Origin: an uncultured Spirochaetota bacterium
Lineage (GTDB): Bacteria; Spirochaetota; Spirochaetia; JAFGXN01
Direction of reading: 5' to 3'
Length of the DNA: 64,000 nucleotides
NCBI GenBank assembly: GCA_944388995.1
Contig: CALXKN010000008.1
Span: 17,160-81,159, forward strand
Shown here piece by piece: positions 29,701 to 39,123 of this stretch. The position numbers and the translations under genes are program-made. Each line of letters begins with the position of its first letter. Within the stretch, counting starts at the first letter, position 1. The notes under the pieces are model-generated. The model was not told the DNA's origin, did not search any database, and saw nothing but the letters and a program-made list of their open reading frames with translations.

Positions 29701-30076
29701 CTTCAAATAAATCGAATTTTTCTCTTTTTTCGGGAAATTCGGTAAAAAATTCTTTTTTTAAATCTTCCTGTTCGGTTGTTGTCAAAGCCGCGTTTAACGA
29801 TTTTTCCAATCTTTCAGCCAAATCCGGCTGAACGGTTTCTGTGTAAACGCGGACAATCGTCAGATAAACGGCATTAATCAATCCGATGGCGCTGATTTCC
29901 GCCGGACCGGCAAAAGATGTCTCGGAACGACTGTTTAAAGCAAATGCCAATCTCCGAGCAACCGTTGCCGACTTGATTTTAAGATACGTTTCAGGAGAAA
30001 ACTCAAATTCTGTCAACCGATAGCGGGTAACAGCGTTTTTATTTACGGGAATGAAAGAATCTGCTTTCTTTGCCAT
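26774..30076 (-). CDS. Large (1100-aa) alpha-amylase-family (GH13-like) protein
   Basis: GH13 conserved regions are present: region I DMVPNHT, region II IIRFDAAMTLAKRH (nucleophile Asp), region III LLAEAFW (acid/base Glu), and region IV-like FMNNPD with Asn in place of the usual His. Long N- and C-terminal extensions. Confidence 0.55.
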   Translation of the reverse strand: MAKKADSFIPVNKNAVTRYRLTEFEFSPETYLKIKSATVARRLAFALNSRSETSFAGPAEISAIGLINAVYLTIVRVYTETVQPDLAERLEKSLNAALTTTEQEDLKKEFFTEFPEKREKFDLFEGFFVKSLIIDLNNENPALLRYKPVFDNTKLLQNSLYRKKIKSDAAVFKTSGKLKGLSFDDFLREPFKRFPNSIFDQLAFIAENWADLIPDFLFDLQLALNMLKEDYKLPWSGGEEGSSEIPDYGLGLDEFEAYSEDRDWMPKVIMIAKSTLVWLSQLSQKYEKEIRRLDQIPDAELDILRDRGITALWLIGLWERSAASKRIKQICGNPDAEASAYSLYDYEIAASLGGWPALTRLKERCSKRGIRLSADMVPNHTAIDSRWISIHPDWFLQLPENPYPQYNFNGPDLSGDPNITVQIEDKYYSKEDCAVVFRRYDKNKNENRYIYHGNDGTGLPWNDTAQINFLNTEAKEAVIQVILHVARNFPIIRFDAAMTLAKRHIQRLWFPAPGQGGDIPTRAEHGMLTVDFNKAMPQEFWREVVDRVAAEVPDTLLLAEAFWMMEGYFVRTLGMHRVYNSAFMNMLKKEENAKYRYLIRETLEFDPDILKRYVNFMNNPDEKTAAEQFGKGDKYFGVCLLLATMPGLPMIGHGQIEGFYEKYGMEFSRPQWDEKPDQWLIDRHEREIFPIFRKRYLFSEVVNFRLYNFNDTEGRLNENVFAYSNKCGNENALVVYNNKYESTAGTIKHTVLYKDKADGQMKHTVLADFIGIEETERRYVIFTDFIKSLSYIRSARDLVDNGLFCLLAGYEYQLFTDFHIVEDFDGRYENLRAKLNGSGCEDVAFEAEKLEFEAVSAFFRPFFDKNKANFEKLTAVVLGKKTGKLPQWKFDEKIRKETEKAAEKLKEKERFQTLFTRKERIFSRIGKNCEKLGKIAQTLSDASPSQTEWLASLIGYHEEWTFTAALSLLAGIPETEEFLNGQILFETVFEALNGRSSVKADRSRTFALLSVFARLLCRKDKTLASALKDKKILSFAEVNLYREKYWFRGEKMLDLIAVFAFYRVLSGAAPEKAAKEFFRHLSAFEAAEYRMDLLVQQLTE

Positions 30077-30181
30077 GATGACTCCTTCCAGATTATAGCA
30101 CAGCTTTTAAATTTCGGCTACTTTTTTATTTTTTCTTTTCAAAAGCCATTTTTTATTGTATAGTGATAATGGAGAGAAATC

Positions 30182-31438
30182 ATGAAACAAATTCAAATAG
30201 CCGAAAATACGTGGAAAATCGGCAGTAATTTGGGAAACGAAGAACTTTTTGAAGGAATTTGGCCGACTCCCGACGGAGTTTCCGTCAATTCGTATTTTAT
30301 CCGTGAAGAGAAATCGGTTTTAATTGATATTGTCAAAAAAGACAGCGGATTCATTGACGAATACGAAGAAGAACTGAACGCCGTCGGCGCTTCCCTGAAA
30401 ACCATCGATTATTTGATTGTCAACCATATGGAACCGGATCACACCGGCGCGCTGCTGCAATTAACCCGCTTCAATCCGGAGGTCAGGATATTCTGCACAA
30501 AAAAATCCGTTCCGATGCTCAAAGCGTTTTACGGAATCGAAAAAAACGTGACCGCCGTTTCCGACGGCGAAACTTTGGATTTAGGCAACGGACGGGTTTT
30601 AACCTTTCTGGAAACGCCTAATATTCATTGGCCGGAAACAATGATGACCTACGATTCAAAAAACCAAATTCTGTTTTCCTGCGACGCTTTCGGTTCGTTT
30701 AAAGCGCTTCCGGAGGGAAAAACCTTCGACGATGAAATGACCGGGCAGGAGATGAATGAATTTCAGGCGGAAACGCTGCGTTATTATTCCAACATTGTTT
30801 CGACTTTTACGCCGTTTGTCATTAACGGACTGAAAAAACTCGAGGCTCTGAAGGTTAAAATCATCGCGCCTTCCCACGGAATGGTGTGGAGAAAAAATCC
30901 GCAAACCATTGTTTCCTGGTACCAAAAACTGTGCGACTTTGCTGTCCGCGGCGGCCGGCGTATCACGGTGATTTGGAGCAGCATGTATGGCAATACGGAA
31001 GCGATGTTAAAAACCGTTACCGATACTCTGAACGAAACCGGAATTCCGTATTCAGTCTACCGCATTCCCGACGAACCGAAACTTTCGTATATTTTGGCCG
31101 ACTGTTGGCGTTCGGAAGGCATCATTCTCGGAATGCCGACATACGAATACCGGATGTTTCCGCCGATGGCGCACGTCATCGATTTGCTTGACAGAAGCCA
31201 CATAAAAAACCGGCTGGCGTTCCGTTTCGGTTCGTTCGGTTGGTCCGGAGGCGCCCAAAAACAGCTTGATGAACTGACAGCCAAACTGAACTGGACGTTT
31301 TTGAATCCGGTTGAATTTCAAGGCGCGCCGAAAGAGGAAGACAAGGCTAAAGCTGCCGCTGAAATCCGCGAAATGGCAAACCGGATTAACGCCGGACGCG
31401 GTAATGATTCTCCGCTGAAAGACGGCGCCGTTTTCTGA
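30182..31438 (+). CDS. Flavodiiron protein (A-type flavoprotein FprA; metallo-beta-lactamase plus flavodoxin domains)
   Basis: Di-iron HxEPDH motif (NHMEPDHTG). C-terminal flavodoxin-like domain (WSSMYGNTE). Confidence 0.85.
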   Translation: MKQIQIAENTWKIGSNLGNEELFEGIWPTPDGVSVNSYFIREEKSVLIDIVKKDSGFIDEYEEELNAVGASLKTIDYLIVNHMEPDHTGALLQLTRFNPEVRIFCTKKSVPMLKAFYGIEKNVTAVSDGETLDLGNGRVLTFLETPNIHWPETMMTYDSKNQILFSCDAFGSFKALPEGKTFDDEMTGQEMNEFQAETLRYYSNIVSTFTPFVINGLKKLEALKVKIIAPSHGMVWRKNPQTIVSWYQKLCDFAVRGGRRITVIWSSMYGNTEAMLKTVTDTLNETGIPYSVYRIPDEPKLSYILADCWRSEGIILGMPTYEYRMFPPMAHVIDLLDRSHIKNRLAFRFGSFGWSGGAQKQLDELTAKLNWTFLNPVEFQGAPKEEDKAKAAAEIREMANRINAGRGNDSPLKDGAVF

Positions 31439-31444
31439 CGCCCG

Positions 31445-31490
31445 TCCGTAAAAAAAATCCCGCGCCGAAAAAAGCGCCGGGATTTTTTTT
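31445..31490. terminator. Bidirectional rho-independent terminator between fprA and jag
   Basis: A8-tcccgcgcc...gcgccggga-T8. Confidence 0.6.
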
Positions 31491-31509
31491 ACGTTAAAAT
31501 ACCGCGGAA

Positions 31510-32184
31510 TCAGGCGTTGAAATTCTTCTTGTAAATAACCCTTACTTTTTTGTAAAGCCCTTCGCCTTCGCTGATGGTTTCAATATCTTCCCATTCCGCC
31601 AACGTCAAATGAATAATTCTCCGTTCAAACGGATTCATCGGATCCAGTAAATGCGAAGTTTTCGTCCGCCGCACGTGTCTTGCCGTTTTTTCCGCCAAAT
31701 CCTGCAGCGAATGCTCGCGGCGGCCGCGGTAATTTTCGATGTCAACGACGATTTTCAAATCTTCTTTTTTCTTGGAAACAAAAACATTCGCCAATAATTG
31801 AAGCGCGTCCAATGTTGAACCTTTGCGGCCGATTAACAGGTTGGTTTTATCGCTTTCAATATTAATGTGAATTTTGTTTTCTTCCGTTTTGTTGATTTCC
31901 AAAGTCGCCGAAATACCCATTTTTTCAACGATATTTTTCAGAAAATCAACGGTTTCCAGTTCGATTTCCGTAATTTCATACGATTCGGCGGATGATTCCT
32001 CCTCCTCTTCTTCTTTTTCCTCAATCCCGTCGTCAATATAAACCTTGATTTTGACGGGGCCTTTTTTGAAAAAACCTTTTTTTTCTACGACTTCAACGTC
32101 AAAAGCGTCTCTTTCCAATCCGAGCTCGTTGACGGCATTCTGAACGGCTTCTTCTTCTGTTTTTCCTGTAAACTCATATGTCAT
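31510..32184 (-). CDS. jag: Jag/KhpB RNA-binding protein (KH plus R3H domains)
   Basis: Jag-N, an acidic linker and an R3H motif (RRIIHLTL), directly downstream of yidC. Confidence 0.85.
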   Translation of the reverse strand: MTYEFTGKTEEEAVQNAVNELGLERDAFDVEVVEKKGFFKKGPVKIKVYIDDGIEEKEEEEEESSAESYEITEIELETVDFLKNIVEKMGISATLEINKTEENKIHINIESDKTNLLIGRKGSTLDALQLLANVFVSKKKEDLKIVVDIENYRGRREHSLQDLAEKTARHVRRTKTSHLLDPMNPFERRIIHLTLAEWEDIETISEGEGLYKKVRVIYKKNFNA

Positions 32185-32201
32185 ATTTTTCTCCTTAAAA
32201 A

Positions 32202-33974
32202 TTATTTTGCAAACGCTTTTTTCTTTCCGGCAATTTTCTTTCCGCCGGAAGAAGAATTTTTATTCCGGGCATTTTTCTTTACCGCGTTGTAAATCAACTG
32301 CTGAATGACCGACAGAATATTCATGACAATCCAGTAAACAAACAGACCGGACGGCATATTGTAAAGCGTAAAAAAGAAAATAACCGGCAGCAGATACATC
32401 ATGATTTTCATCTGTTTATTGGCCGCCTGTTCCGTTCCGATTTGCATGATTTTCATCGACAAAAGCTGAGTGACAATGAACAAAATCGGCAGAATCCGGA
32501 TACTGTTTTGCGAAAACGCGGTAATTAACGGAATATTCTTTTCCCAAGTATAAACCGAATCGGGCGATGAAAGGTCGGTAATCCACCAAATAAACGGTTC
32601 CTGAAAAAGATCATAATCGGAACGCAGTAAATTGAACAGCGGAATTAAAATCAGCATCTGCAAAATCATCGGCAGACAGCCTTTCATCGGATTGATTTTA
32701 TTATCGCGGTAAAAATTAGCCATTTCGGCCTGCATTTTCTGCGGATTGTTTTTGTATTTATCCTGAATTTCTTTGATTTTCGGTTGGAGTTTCTGCATCG
32801 CCGCCGAAGATTTCATTTGTGACATGGAAAAAGGAACCAAAATCAACTTGATAAAAATCGTCAGAAGAACGATGACCCAACCCCAGTTATGAATGTGAAG
32901 AATATTGTGAAAGAAATTCATCACTCCTTTCAGAGCAACCGAAATGATGCCGCGGCCGGCGCCGGCTTTATCCAGCGACATTCCGCTGTAACCGAATGCG
33001 TTGTCATTGCTGTTGTTGTAAACGGCCAAAAAATGTTTGACGCGCGGACCGATGTAAAACCGGTACGTATCCGTAATTTCGATTTCGTTAAAAGGCTTCC
33101 GTTCAAAGAAAATTTCGCTGAAGACATAACCGTTATCGGAATATTTATCCATAACGATTCTGTGAGTTGTCAGTTTCGGTTCGACGCCGATAGCGGCAAA
33201 ATAACGGCTTTCGATTCCGACCCAATCAACCCGCGTCGTAATCAGAACCCGTTCATAGTCGGAATATTTTCTCAGTTTTTCATCTTTATAGATGATAAAA
33301 TCCCTGTAATTGGCCGAACCGGATTTGTTTTTTTTGGAGGTTTCGACAAACGCCGGACCGATTTGCGGTAAAAATTCCAATGTGTAGGAAGGCTGTTCGT
33401 TGGACAAAAACGGAATTTTCGTTTCCTGACTGAGAATTTCAACGGTCAGTTCAATCATGAACTCACCGTTAAAAATCCTGTATTTCTTGTTCAAAGTGAA
33501 AGGAACGCTGTTTTTATCCGTAAAATCTCGGGTAAAAACAACCGATGTTTCATTTTCCTTCTGTTCAACCGTGTAATCAAAAACGGAATCAATGTCGTTG
33601 CCGCGGTAATTCCCGAATCTCAAATCGAAAGCCTTTTCCGTTCCGTTACCGTGAACCAAATCAATCACTTCCTGAGATTTTTCATTCGGTCTGACAAAAA
33701 TATGGGAAACGGTTCCGCCGACAGGGGAAAACACAATATCGTAGACATCGGTTTTAACCGAAAACTCTTCCTTATCTGCCGCATCCTCTCCGATCGGCAG
33801 AACGGGAACGTTGTTAAATTCAGCGTTTTCCGGCCGCGTATCGGCAACAGCGGATCGGTTTTCGCCGACAGTATTGTTCCGGTTTTCGAACGAACGGTTA
33901 AACCAGAAAATAATCAAAAACGAAACGGTTCCCAAAAAAAGGAAGAACATAAAATTCTTTATAAAATTAACCAC
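32202..33974 (-). CDS. yidC: Membrane protein insertase YidC
   Basis: Large periplasmic domain followed by a 5-TM insertase core (NWGWVIVLLTIFIKL...). Conserved rnpA-yidD-yidC-jag order. Confidence 0.9.
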   Translation of the reverse strand: MVNFIKNFMFFLFLGTVSFLIIFWFNRSFENRNNTVGENRSAVADTRPENAEFNNVPVLPIGEDAADKEEFSVKTDVYDIVFSPVGGTVSHIFVRPNEKSQEVIDLVHGNGTEKAFDLRFGNYRGNDIDSVFDYTVEQKENETSVVFTRDFTDKNSVPFTLNKKYRIFNGEFMIELTVEILSQETKIPFLSNEQPSYTLEFLPQIGPAFVETSKKNKSGSANYRDFIIYKDEKLRKYSDYERVLITTRVDWVGIESRYFAAIGVEPKLTTHRIVMDKYSDNGYVFSEIFFERKPFNEIEITDTYRFYIGPRVKHFLAVYNNSNDNAFGYSGMSLDKAGAGRGIISVALKGVMNFFHNILHIHNWGWVIVLLTIFIKLILVPFSMSQMKSSAAMQKLQPKIKEIQDKYKNNPQKMQAEMANFYRDNKINPMKGCLPMILQMLILIPLFNLLRSDYDLFQEPFIWWITDLSSPDSVYTWEKNIPLITAFSQNSIRILPILFIVTQLLSMKIMQIGTEQAANKQMKIMMYLLPVIFFFTLYNMPSGLFVYWIVMNILSVIQQLIYNAVKKNARNKNSSSGGKKIAGKKKAFAK

Positions 33975-33990
33975 AACATCTCCTTATATC

Positions 33991-34278
33991 TCATTTTAAA
34001 GGATCGTAACCGCCCGGATGAAAAGGGTGACACTTTAAAATTCTTTTGACAGTCAGAAACAAACCTTTAACCGGTCCGTATTTTTTCAGCGCCTGAACCG
34101 CATAAGCGGAACAGGTCGGATAAAACCGGCAGGTCGGCGGAAAAAGAGGAGAGATGCAAATCTGATAGAAACGAATCGGTAAAATCAAAAGAGCCGAAAA
34201 AAACGAACCGGCTTTAACACACAAAAAATTTATTTTTGAGAATTTTATTAAATTGTTTTTCCCGTTCTTCGTATTCAT
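33991..34278 (-). CDS. yidD: Membrane protein insertion efficiency factor YidD (start uncertain; overlaps the rnpA 3' end)
   Basis: [34 protein letters not shown]....[14 protein letters not shown] matches the YidD signature. Confidence 0.75.
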   Translation of the reverse strand: MNTKNGKNNLIKFSKINFLCVKAGSFFSALLILPIRFYQICISPLFPPTCRFYPTCSAYAVQALKKYGPVKGLFLTVKRILKCHPFHPGGYDPLK

Positions 34279-34555
34279 ACAGACCCGGATAAACGATAAA
34301 AACAAAATCAAATCCCGTTTTGATTTTTTTCTTGTTTTTTCTGAAAATTTCTTTTAACTGTCTTCTGATTTTGTTTCTTTTGACGGAACACCCGAATTTT
34401 CTGACAGGACAAATTAAAACACGGCTGTAGTTTAAACCGTTTTTCCGATAGCGTAAACTCATCCCTTCCGCAGAAATTTTTTCCGCCTCCGCAAAGAGCG
34501 TTTTTATGTCTTTACGGAGGCGGATAATTTCTTTCTTAGTAAGGCTTTCTCTCAT
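34214..34555 (-). CDS. rnpA: RNase P protein component
   Basis: Basic 113-aa protein with the RNR-like motif (KIRRQLKE) and conserved position after rpmH. Confidence 0.85.
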   Translation of the reverse strand: MRESLTKKEIIRLRKDIKTLFAEAEKISAEGMSLRYRKNGLNYSRVLICPVRKFGCSVKRNKIRRQLKEIFRKNKKKIKTGFDFVFIVYPGLYEYEEREKQFNKILKNKFFVC

Positions 34556-34691
34556 CGGAAACGGTTAAATTCTTTCTGCCTTTTTTTCTTCTTCTGGCCA
34601 AAACCAAACGGCCGCCTTTGGTTGCCATTCTCGCTCTGAAACCGAATTTTCTGTTTCTTTTAACCCGACTGGGCTGATAAGTCATTTTCAT
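34536..34691 (-). CDS. rpmH: 50S ribosomal protein L34 (absent from the ORF track because it is under 60 aa)
   Basis: Manual translation gives [44 protein letters not shown]..., matching the L34 consensus. Its 3' end overlaps the rnpA start. Confidence 0.8.
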   Translation of the reverse strand: MKMTYQPSRVKRNRKFGFRARMATKGGRLVLARRRKKGRKNLTVSDERKPY

Positions 34692-34793
34692 CTTCTTTTC
34701 TCCAATTCAGCAATTTATCTTTATATTAAATTAAGACGATTCAGATTGATTGTCCTGTCAGTATAAATTTTACATCCAAGATTGTCAAGGGCT

Positions 34794-35228
34794 TCAATTT
34801 TCCGATATTATTTTTTTGATTTCTTTTATAACGGAATTTAGTTTTTTCTGTTCTTCTTTACTTTTCGGAATCAAGTCGGAGCAGTAGCGGTCTTTAAATA
34901 AATCGGGACGGGAAACATAAAAAATTTCTTTGAGATTTTCACATCCTTTGTTTTTTCTCAAACCGTCAATGATTTTTCCCTCTATGAATTTCATCGTAAT
35001 TTGGAACGATGAATGGGAAACGGCTGCAATCAGTCTGGTTCCGTTTTTATCAAAATATAAAGGATAACTGTTTTCAGCCAAACCGGCGCCAACAATTTCC
35101 TTCCAGTTATGAAAAGGCGATTTTTTTACAATTTTTGATTCTTCCAGTAAAGAAGCGAGTGAAACCGTTTTTATAACTTTTCCGTATTCTTTTAATTTCA
35201 ATTCTTCAAAAAACGGACGACCGTTCAC
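34794..35228 (-). CDS. DUF721-like protein downstream of recF
   Basis: 144 aa at the position of the conserved recF-DUF721 partner. Overlaps the recF stop. Confidence 0.5.
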   Translation of the reverse strand: MNGRPFFEELKLKEYGKVIKTVSLASLLEESKIVKKSPFHNWKEIVGAGLAENSYPLYFDKNGTRLIAAVSHSSFQITMKFIEGKIIDGLRKNKGCENLKEIFYVSRPDLFKDRYCSDLIPKSKEEQKKLNSVIKEIKKIISEN

Positions 35229-36291
35229 TGATTTCTCCTCCTTCGACGAATAAAACCGTTGTCTCTTTCTTCATATAATCGCTGTAATTTTCTTCCGGTA
35301 AAAAAGTAAAAAAAATTTGGTCGTAAAAATTCAGTCGTTTTAAAAATCTTTTTCTTTTTTCGCCGTCCACTTCGAGAATTACGTCGTCAAGAAGCAGAAT
35401 CGGTCTGATTCCGGCTTCTTTTAAAAATTCGGTCTGAATCAGCTTCAAAATAAGCGACAGAATGCGTTTTTGTCCTGTCGAAGCGGTTTTTGAAAAGTCT
35501 TTTTTTTCCGAAACAAAAACAAAGTTGTCGCGGTGAGGCCCTTTTGAAGTTGTTAAAAACCGGATATCGTCGTTTCTGGCCCCGCGGATTTCTTTCAGCT
35601 GTTCTTCTTCCGTTTTTCCTTTTAACGAAGAACGGTAAACCAGCTCAATATCTTTTCTTTGGCCTGTGATGTCTTTATAAATTTCCGAAAACATTCCGTT
35701 GATTTTTTTTACCTGTTCTTCCCTGAAACGGAAAACGGAGAATGCCGTTTGAGACAACTGACGGTCGTAAATATCAAGAAGATGGTAGTTTTTTTCTTTC
35801 AGTAAAGTATTCCTTTGGTTTAAAATCAGTTTGTATCTGCGTTTCAAATCGATATATTCGCAGTGATAAAAACAGATAATCTGATCAATGTATTTCCGTC
35901 TCAAATCCGGTTCTCCGGTAATAATGTGAAAATCCTCATGAGAAAACAAGACAACGGGATTAAGACGAATCATCTCCTTTCTGTCTTTTAAAGGATTTCC
36001 GTTCAGTAAAATCTGACGGTTTTTTTCTTCTTTGAAGCGGATTTCGTTGTCTTCGTCTTCTTCAATATTGAATTTTCCGGTTAAAGAACAGCTGTTGGTT
36101 CCGTATTTTTTGAAAATTTGTTCGCTTTTCCGTTTAAAAGAGGAACCGTAAGAGAGAATATACAATGATTCGAGAATGTTTGTTTTTCCCTGTCCGTTAT
36201 TCCCGACAAGAAAAATTTCTCTGGACGGAAAGCGGACGGTTCCGTTCCGGATGTTGCGGAAATTATAAAATGTAACCGATCGGAAACTCAT
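35206..36291 (-). CDS. recF: DNA replication and repair protein RecF
   Basis: Walker A GNNGQGKTN, signature and D-loop (LLLDDV). Confidence 0.9.
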   Translation of the reverse strand: MSFRSVTFYNFRNIRNGTVRFPSREIFLVGNNGQGKTNILESLYILSYGSSFKRKSEQIFKKYGTNSCSLTGKFNIEEDEDNEIRFKEEKNRQILLNGNPLKDRKEMIRLNPVVLFSHEDFHIITGEPDLRRKYIDQIICFYHCEYIDLKRRYKLILNQRNTLLKEKNYHLLDIYDRQLSQTAFSVFRFREEQVKKINGMFSEIYKDITGQRKDIELVYRSSLKGKTEEEQLKEIRGARNDDIRFLTTSKGPHRDNFVFVSEKKDFSKTASTGQKRILSLILKLIQTEFLKEAGIRPILLLDDVILEVDGEKRKRFLKRLNFYDQIFFTFLPEENYSDYMKKETTVLFVEGGEISERSSVF

Positions 36292-37400
36292 TGAGATGCT
36301 GTCATCGGCATAACGATGTGCAGAAATTTCTCCTGAGGCACGCTGTAAACCGTCACGGCTTTTTCCGGATGAGAAAAACGGATTTCGATGTTTTCGGAAT
36401 CAATGATTTTTAAAGGATCAAGAAGAAACATATAATTCAGTGAAATCGTAACGTTACCGCCGCCGGTATAAACGCACGGAATTTTTCCGAACGCCTTTCC
36501 GAACGTGTTTTCTTTATCGGTTTCGACCGACATTTCATTGTCCGTAATCCGCAAGTTGATTCTGTTGGTCTTATTCTCAATCATAACGGAAATTCTGTTG
36601 ATAACGCTGATCAGCTCGTTTTTATTCACAACGATTGATTTGTCGTCGTCTTTGGGAATGATTCTTTCGTAGTCGGGATAGGAATTATTGATGATAAACG
36701 AATACAGATAAGTGCTGCCGAATTTAAAGACGATTTTTTTATCGCCGATCATAATTTCAAAATCACCATCGTTGCCGGTCAGTCTTTTGAAAAGGGTCAG
36801 CGCTTTTTTCGGAATGATGATGTCTTTAAAGTCGGGAACTTCCGTTTCGGAAGAATCAATAATCGACATCTGTTTCATATCGGTGGAAACCATTCTCAGC
36901 GAAGAGTTTTTTTTGCAGAAGAGAACGCCGGTCAGATAAATTCTGTTTTCGTCGTTGGAAACGGAAAACAGAGTGTGATTAATCATTTTCAGAAATTCTT
37001 TTTGTGAAAATGAAAAAGAAACGACATTCTCATCCATACCGATTTCGGGAAAGGTATCGGAAACAGTCATTTTCAGAGTATAAAAAAGACTGTCGTTGTT
37101 TTTTAAAGATACATTGAAATCCGTATGAACCGATTCAAAAAGAAGTTCTTCATCGGGACAGCTTCTCAGCACTGTTAAAAACTTATCGCAGTAAACGACG
37201 GCCGATCCTTCTTCCAGAACATCGACCTTCAGCGAAGTTTCATAACTGAAATTGGAGTCGGTTGCTTTGATAATCAGTATATTGTCGGCAGCCTGAAGAT
37301 AAACGCTCGACATGAAAGAGGCAAAATTCCTCGAAGAAGCAATTTCGTAAGCGATACCGATTTCTTTTAAAAGAGCTTCTTTTTGACAGGTGAATTTCAT
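36288..37400 (-). CDS. dnaN: DNA polymerase III beta sliding clamp
   Basis: 370 aa with three-domain clamp architecture, in a dnaA-dnaN-recF operon. Confidence 0.9.
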   Translation of the reverse strand: MKFTCQKEALLKEIGIAYEIASSRNFASFMSSVYLQAADNILIIKATDSNFSYETSLKVDVLEEGSAVVYCDKFLTVLRSCPDEELLFESVHTDFNVSLKNNDSLFYTLKMTVSDTFPEIGMDENVVSFSFSQKEFLKMINHTLFSVSNDENRIYLTGVLFCKKNSSLRMVSTDMKQMSIIDSSETEVPDFKDIIIPKKALTLFKRLTGNDGDFEIMIGDKKIVFKFGSTYLYSFIINNSYPDYERIIPKDDDKSIVVNKNELISVINRISVMIENKTNRINLRITDNEMSVETDKENTFGKAFGKIPCVYTGGGNVTISLNYMFLLDPLKIIDSENIEIRFSHPEKAVTVYSVPQEKFLHIVMPMTASQ

Positions 37401-37646
37401 AAAATTTCTCCTTATAAACAGATAACGATTAATATATTAATATATATTAATTCATTATCTTTATTACACTGTTGATTTGTTGATAATCCTTTTAAATCCT
37501 TTTAACATATAAAATAAGCTGTATAACAGTCTGTCAGTTAAAAGTGTTTTCATGTATGTAAATTGTCAGTTTCTCCTTTTTCTTTTAAAAAGCATATTCA
37601 TATCATATCAAAAAAAACAGAGTTTGCACAGTTTTTATATAAGTTA
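37401..37646. other. Candidate oriC in the dnaA-dnaN intergenic region
   Basis: 246-bp AT-rich region (aatatattaatatatattaattcattatctttatta) with DnaA-box-like TTATCAACA on both strands (37478-37486 on the minus strand, 37633-37641 on the plus strand). Confidence 0.45.
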
Positions 37647-39029
37647 TCAACAGTTTTTCAGACTGTTTTGAATTTCATTGATGTCGGATTTTAAAATGGA
37701 GTCAAACTGAATGCGGTTCGAAATTTTATTTTTTGAATTAATGACTGTTGAGTGATCCTGTCCGAAATACTCTCCGATTTCGGTTGTGGTCAGTTCCGTC
37801 ATTTGAGTTGCGATGTAAACGGCGGCTTGTCTGTGTATGATAATATTTTTTTTTCTGCTTTTTGATTTTATATCGGCGGTCGGAATATTGTAAAAGTCGG
37901 CAACTTTTTTGACAATCAAATCCATGGAAATTTTTGTATTGTTCTGAACTTTGGACATATTTTTATTCTCTTTGATATACTCTTTTGCATCTTCCAAAGT
38001 TCCCGTATCCGAATTAAAATCGATAAAGAAGAGAAAGGATTTTAAAATTCCTTCCAAATCACGGACGTTTCCGAAAATATTTTCCGAAAGATAAAAGTAG
38101 ACCTCCTCTTCCAGTTTTAAATTTTTATGATTGAAGATATTCTCTTTTTTCAGCTGTTCGGTTTTCTGCTTTAAAATTTTGAATTTAACGTCTGCCGTCG
38201 GTTCGGAAATATCAACCGTAATTCCGCTTTTAATCCGCGAAGCCAGTCTGTCGGTAAAATTCGGAAGTTCCGAAATCGGTCTGTCGCAGGTAAAACAAAT
38301 CTGTTTTCCGTTATCTTTCAGTTTATTGAAAAGAATAAAAAGTTCATGCTGAAGACCGTCTTTGCCTTTAAAAAGATGAATGTCGTCAATTAAAAAAGCG
38401 TCGGCATTTTCGAATAAAGAAAAACTTGTGTTGTTTTTTTTATCCATTTTGGATTTTACATTGTCGTAAAGGGCGTCAATTAAATCCTGGGAACTGATAC
38501 AGATGACATTCATTTCCGGATTTTCTTTGAGAATACGGTGGGCAATGGCCTGCATTAAATGGGTTTTTCCCATTCCGACCTGACCTAAAATCAAAAGCGG
38601 GTTACAGGCTTCCGATCCGATGTGTGACGCTGCCAGCAAAGCGATTTTTTTTGCGTGGCTGTTGTTCTGTCCTTCGATAAAAGTTTCGAATGTGTACAGC
38701 GGATTCAATTTACAGAATCTGTTTTCCTTGTTTTGTTTTTCCGGTGTTTCCGACGGGGATTCTTTTTTTGACGGATTCGCTACCGCAACCGGTTCTTCGC
38801 TGATGACGTAGTTTAAGGAAATTTCGTCGTCAAAACTGATGTTCAGATAGTTTTCGATATCGGACTGATAATTTTTTTTGATTTTTGATTCGATGAAAGA
38901 AGGACAGGTGATTGTCAGTGTTTTTCCGTTCAGAGAAAACGAAACATAGTCGAAAAAAGGAGTAAAATTTTTCTTTTTAATCTTTTTCAGATAATCAACC
39001 AAGTCTTCTTTCAACTCATCGTTATTCAT
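37647..39029 (-). CDS. dnaA: Chromosomal replication initiator DnaA
   Basis: AAA+ Walker A GQVGMGKTHL and a C-terminal DnaA-box-binding HTH (TEIGEYFGQDHSTVI). Confidence 0.95.
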   Translation of the reverse strand: MNNDELKEDLVDYLKKIKKKNFTPFFDYVSFSLNGKTLTITCPSFIESKIKKNYQSDIENYLNISFDDEISLNYVISEEPVAVANPSKKESPSETPEKQNKENRFCKLNPLYTFETFIEGQNNSHAKKIALLAASHIGSEACNPLLILGQVGMGKTHLMQAIAHRILKENPEMNVICISSQDLIDALYDNVKSKMDKKNNTSFSLFENADAFLIDDIHLFKGKDGLQHELFILFNKLKDNGKQICFTCDRPISELPNFTDRLASRIKSGITVDISEPTADVKFKILKQKTEQLKKENIFNHKNLKLEEEVYFYLSENIFGNVRDLEGILKSFLFFIDFNSDTGTLEDAKEYIKENKNMSKVQNNTKISMDLIVKKVADFYNIPTADIKSKSRKKNIIIHRQAAVYIATQMTELTTTEIGEYFGQDHSTVINSKNKISNRIQFDSILKSDINEIQNSLKNC

Positions 39030-39089
39030 AAATATCCCCTCACCATCATAACACAGGATTTGAAAAAGTCCAAGGAAAAAAAGCGAATG

Positions 39090-39118
39090 TTTACTTTTTA
39101 TCGGAAAAAATGTATAAT
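39090..39118 (+). promoter_or_regulatory. Promoter for gyrB (TTTACT-17nt-TGTATAAT extended -10), with the -10 box 5 nt from the ATG (leaderless candidate)
   Basis: tttactttttatcggaaaaaatgtataatgacctATG. Confidence 0.4.
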
Positions 39119-39123
39119 GACCT

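Noticed and set aside
33991-34311. Full-length 106-aa YidD ORF starting at 34311
   Set aside because: The first ~30 codons overlap rnpA, and YidD homologues are about 70-95 aa, so a later start (MNTKNG at 34278, or a non-ATG start) is more likely. The gene is retained with a trimmed start.
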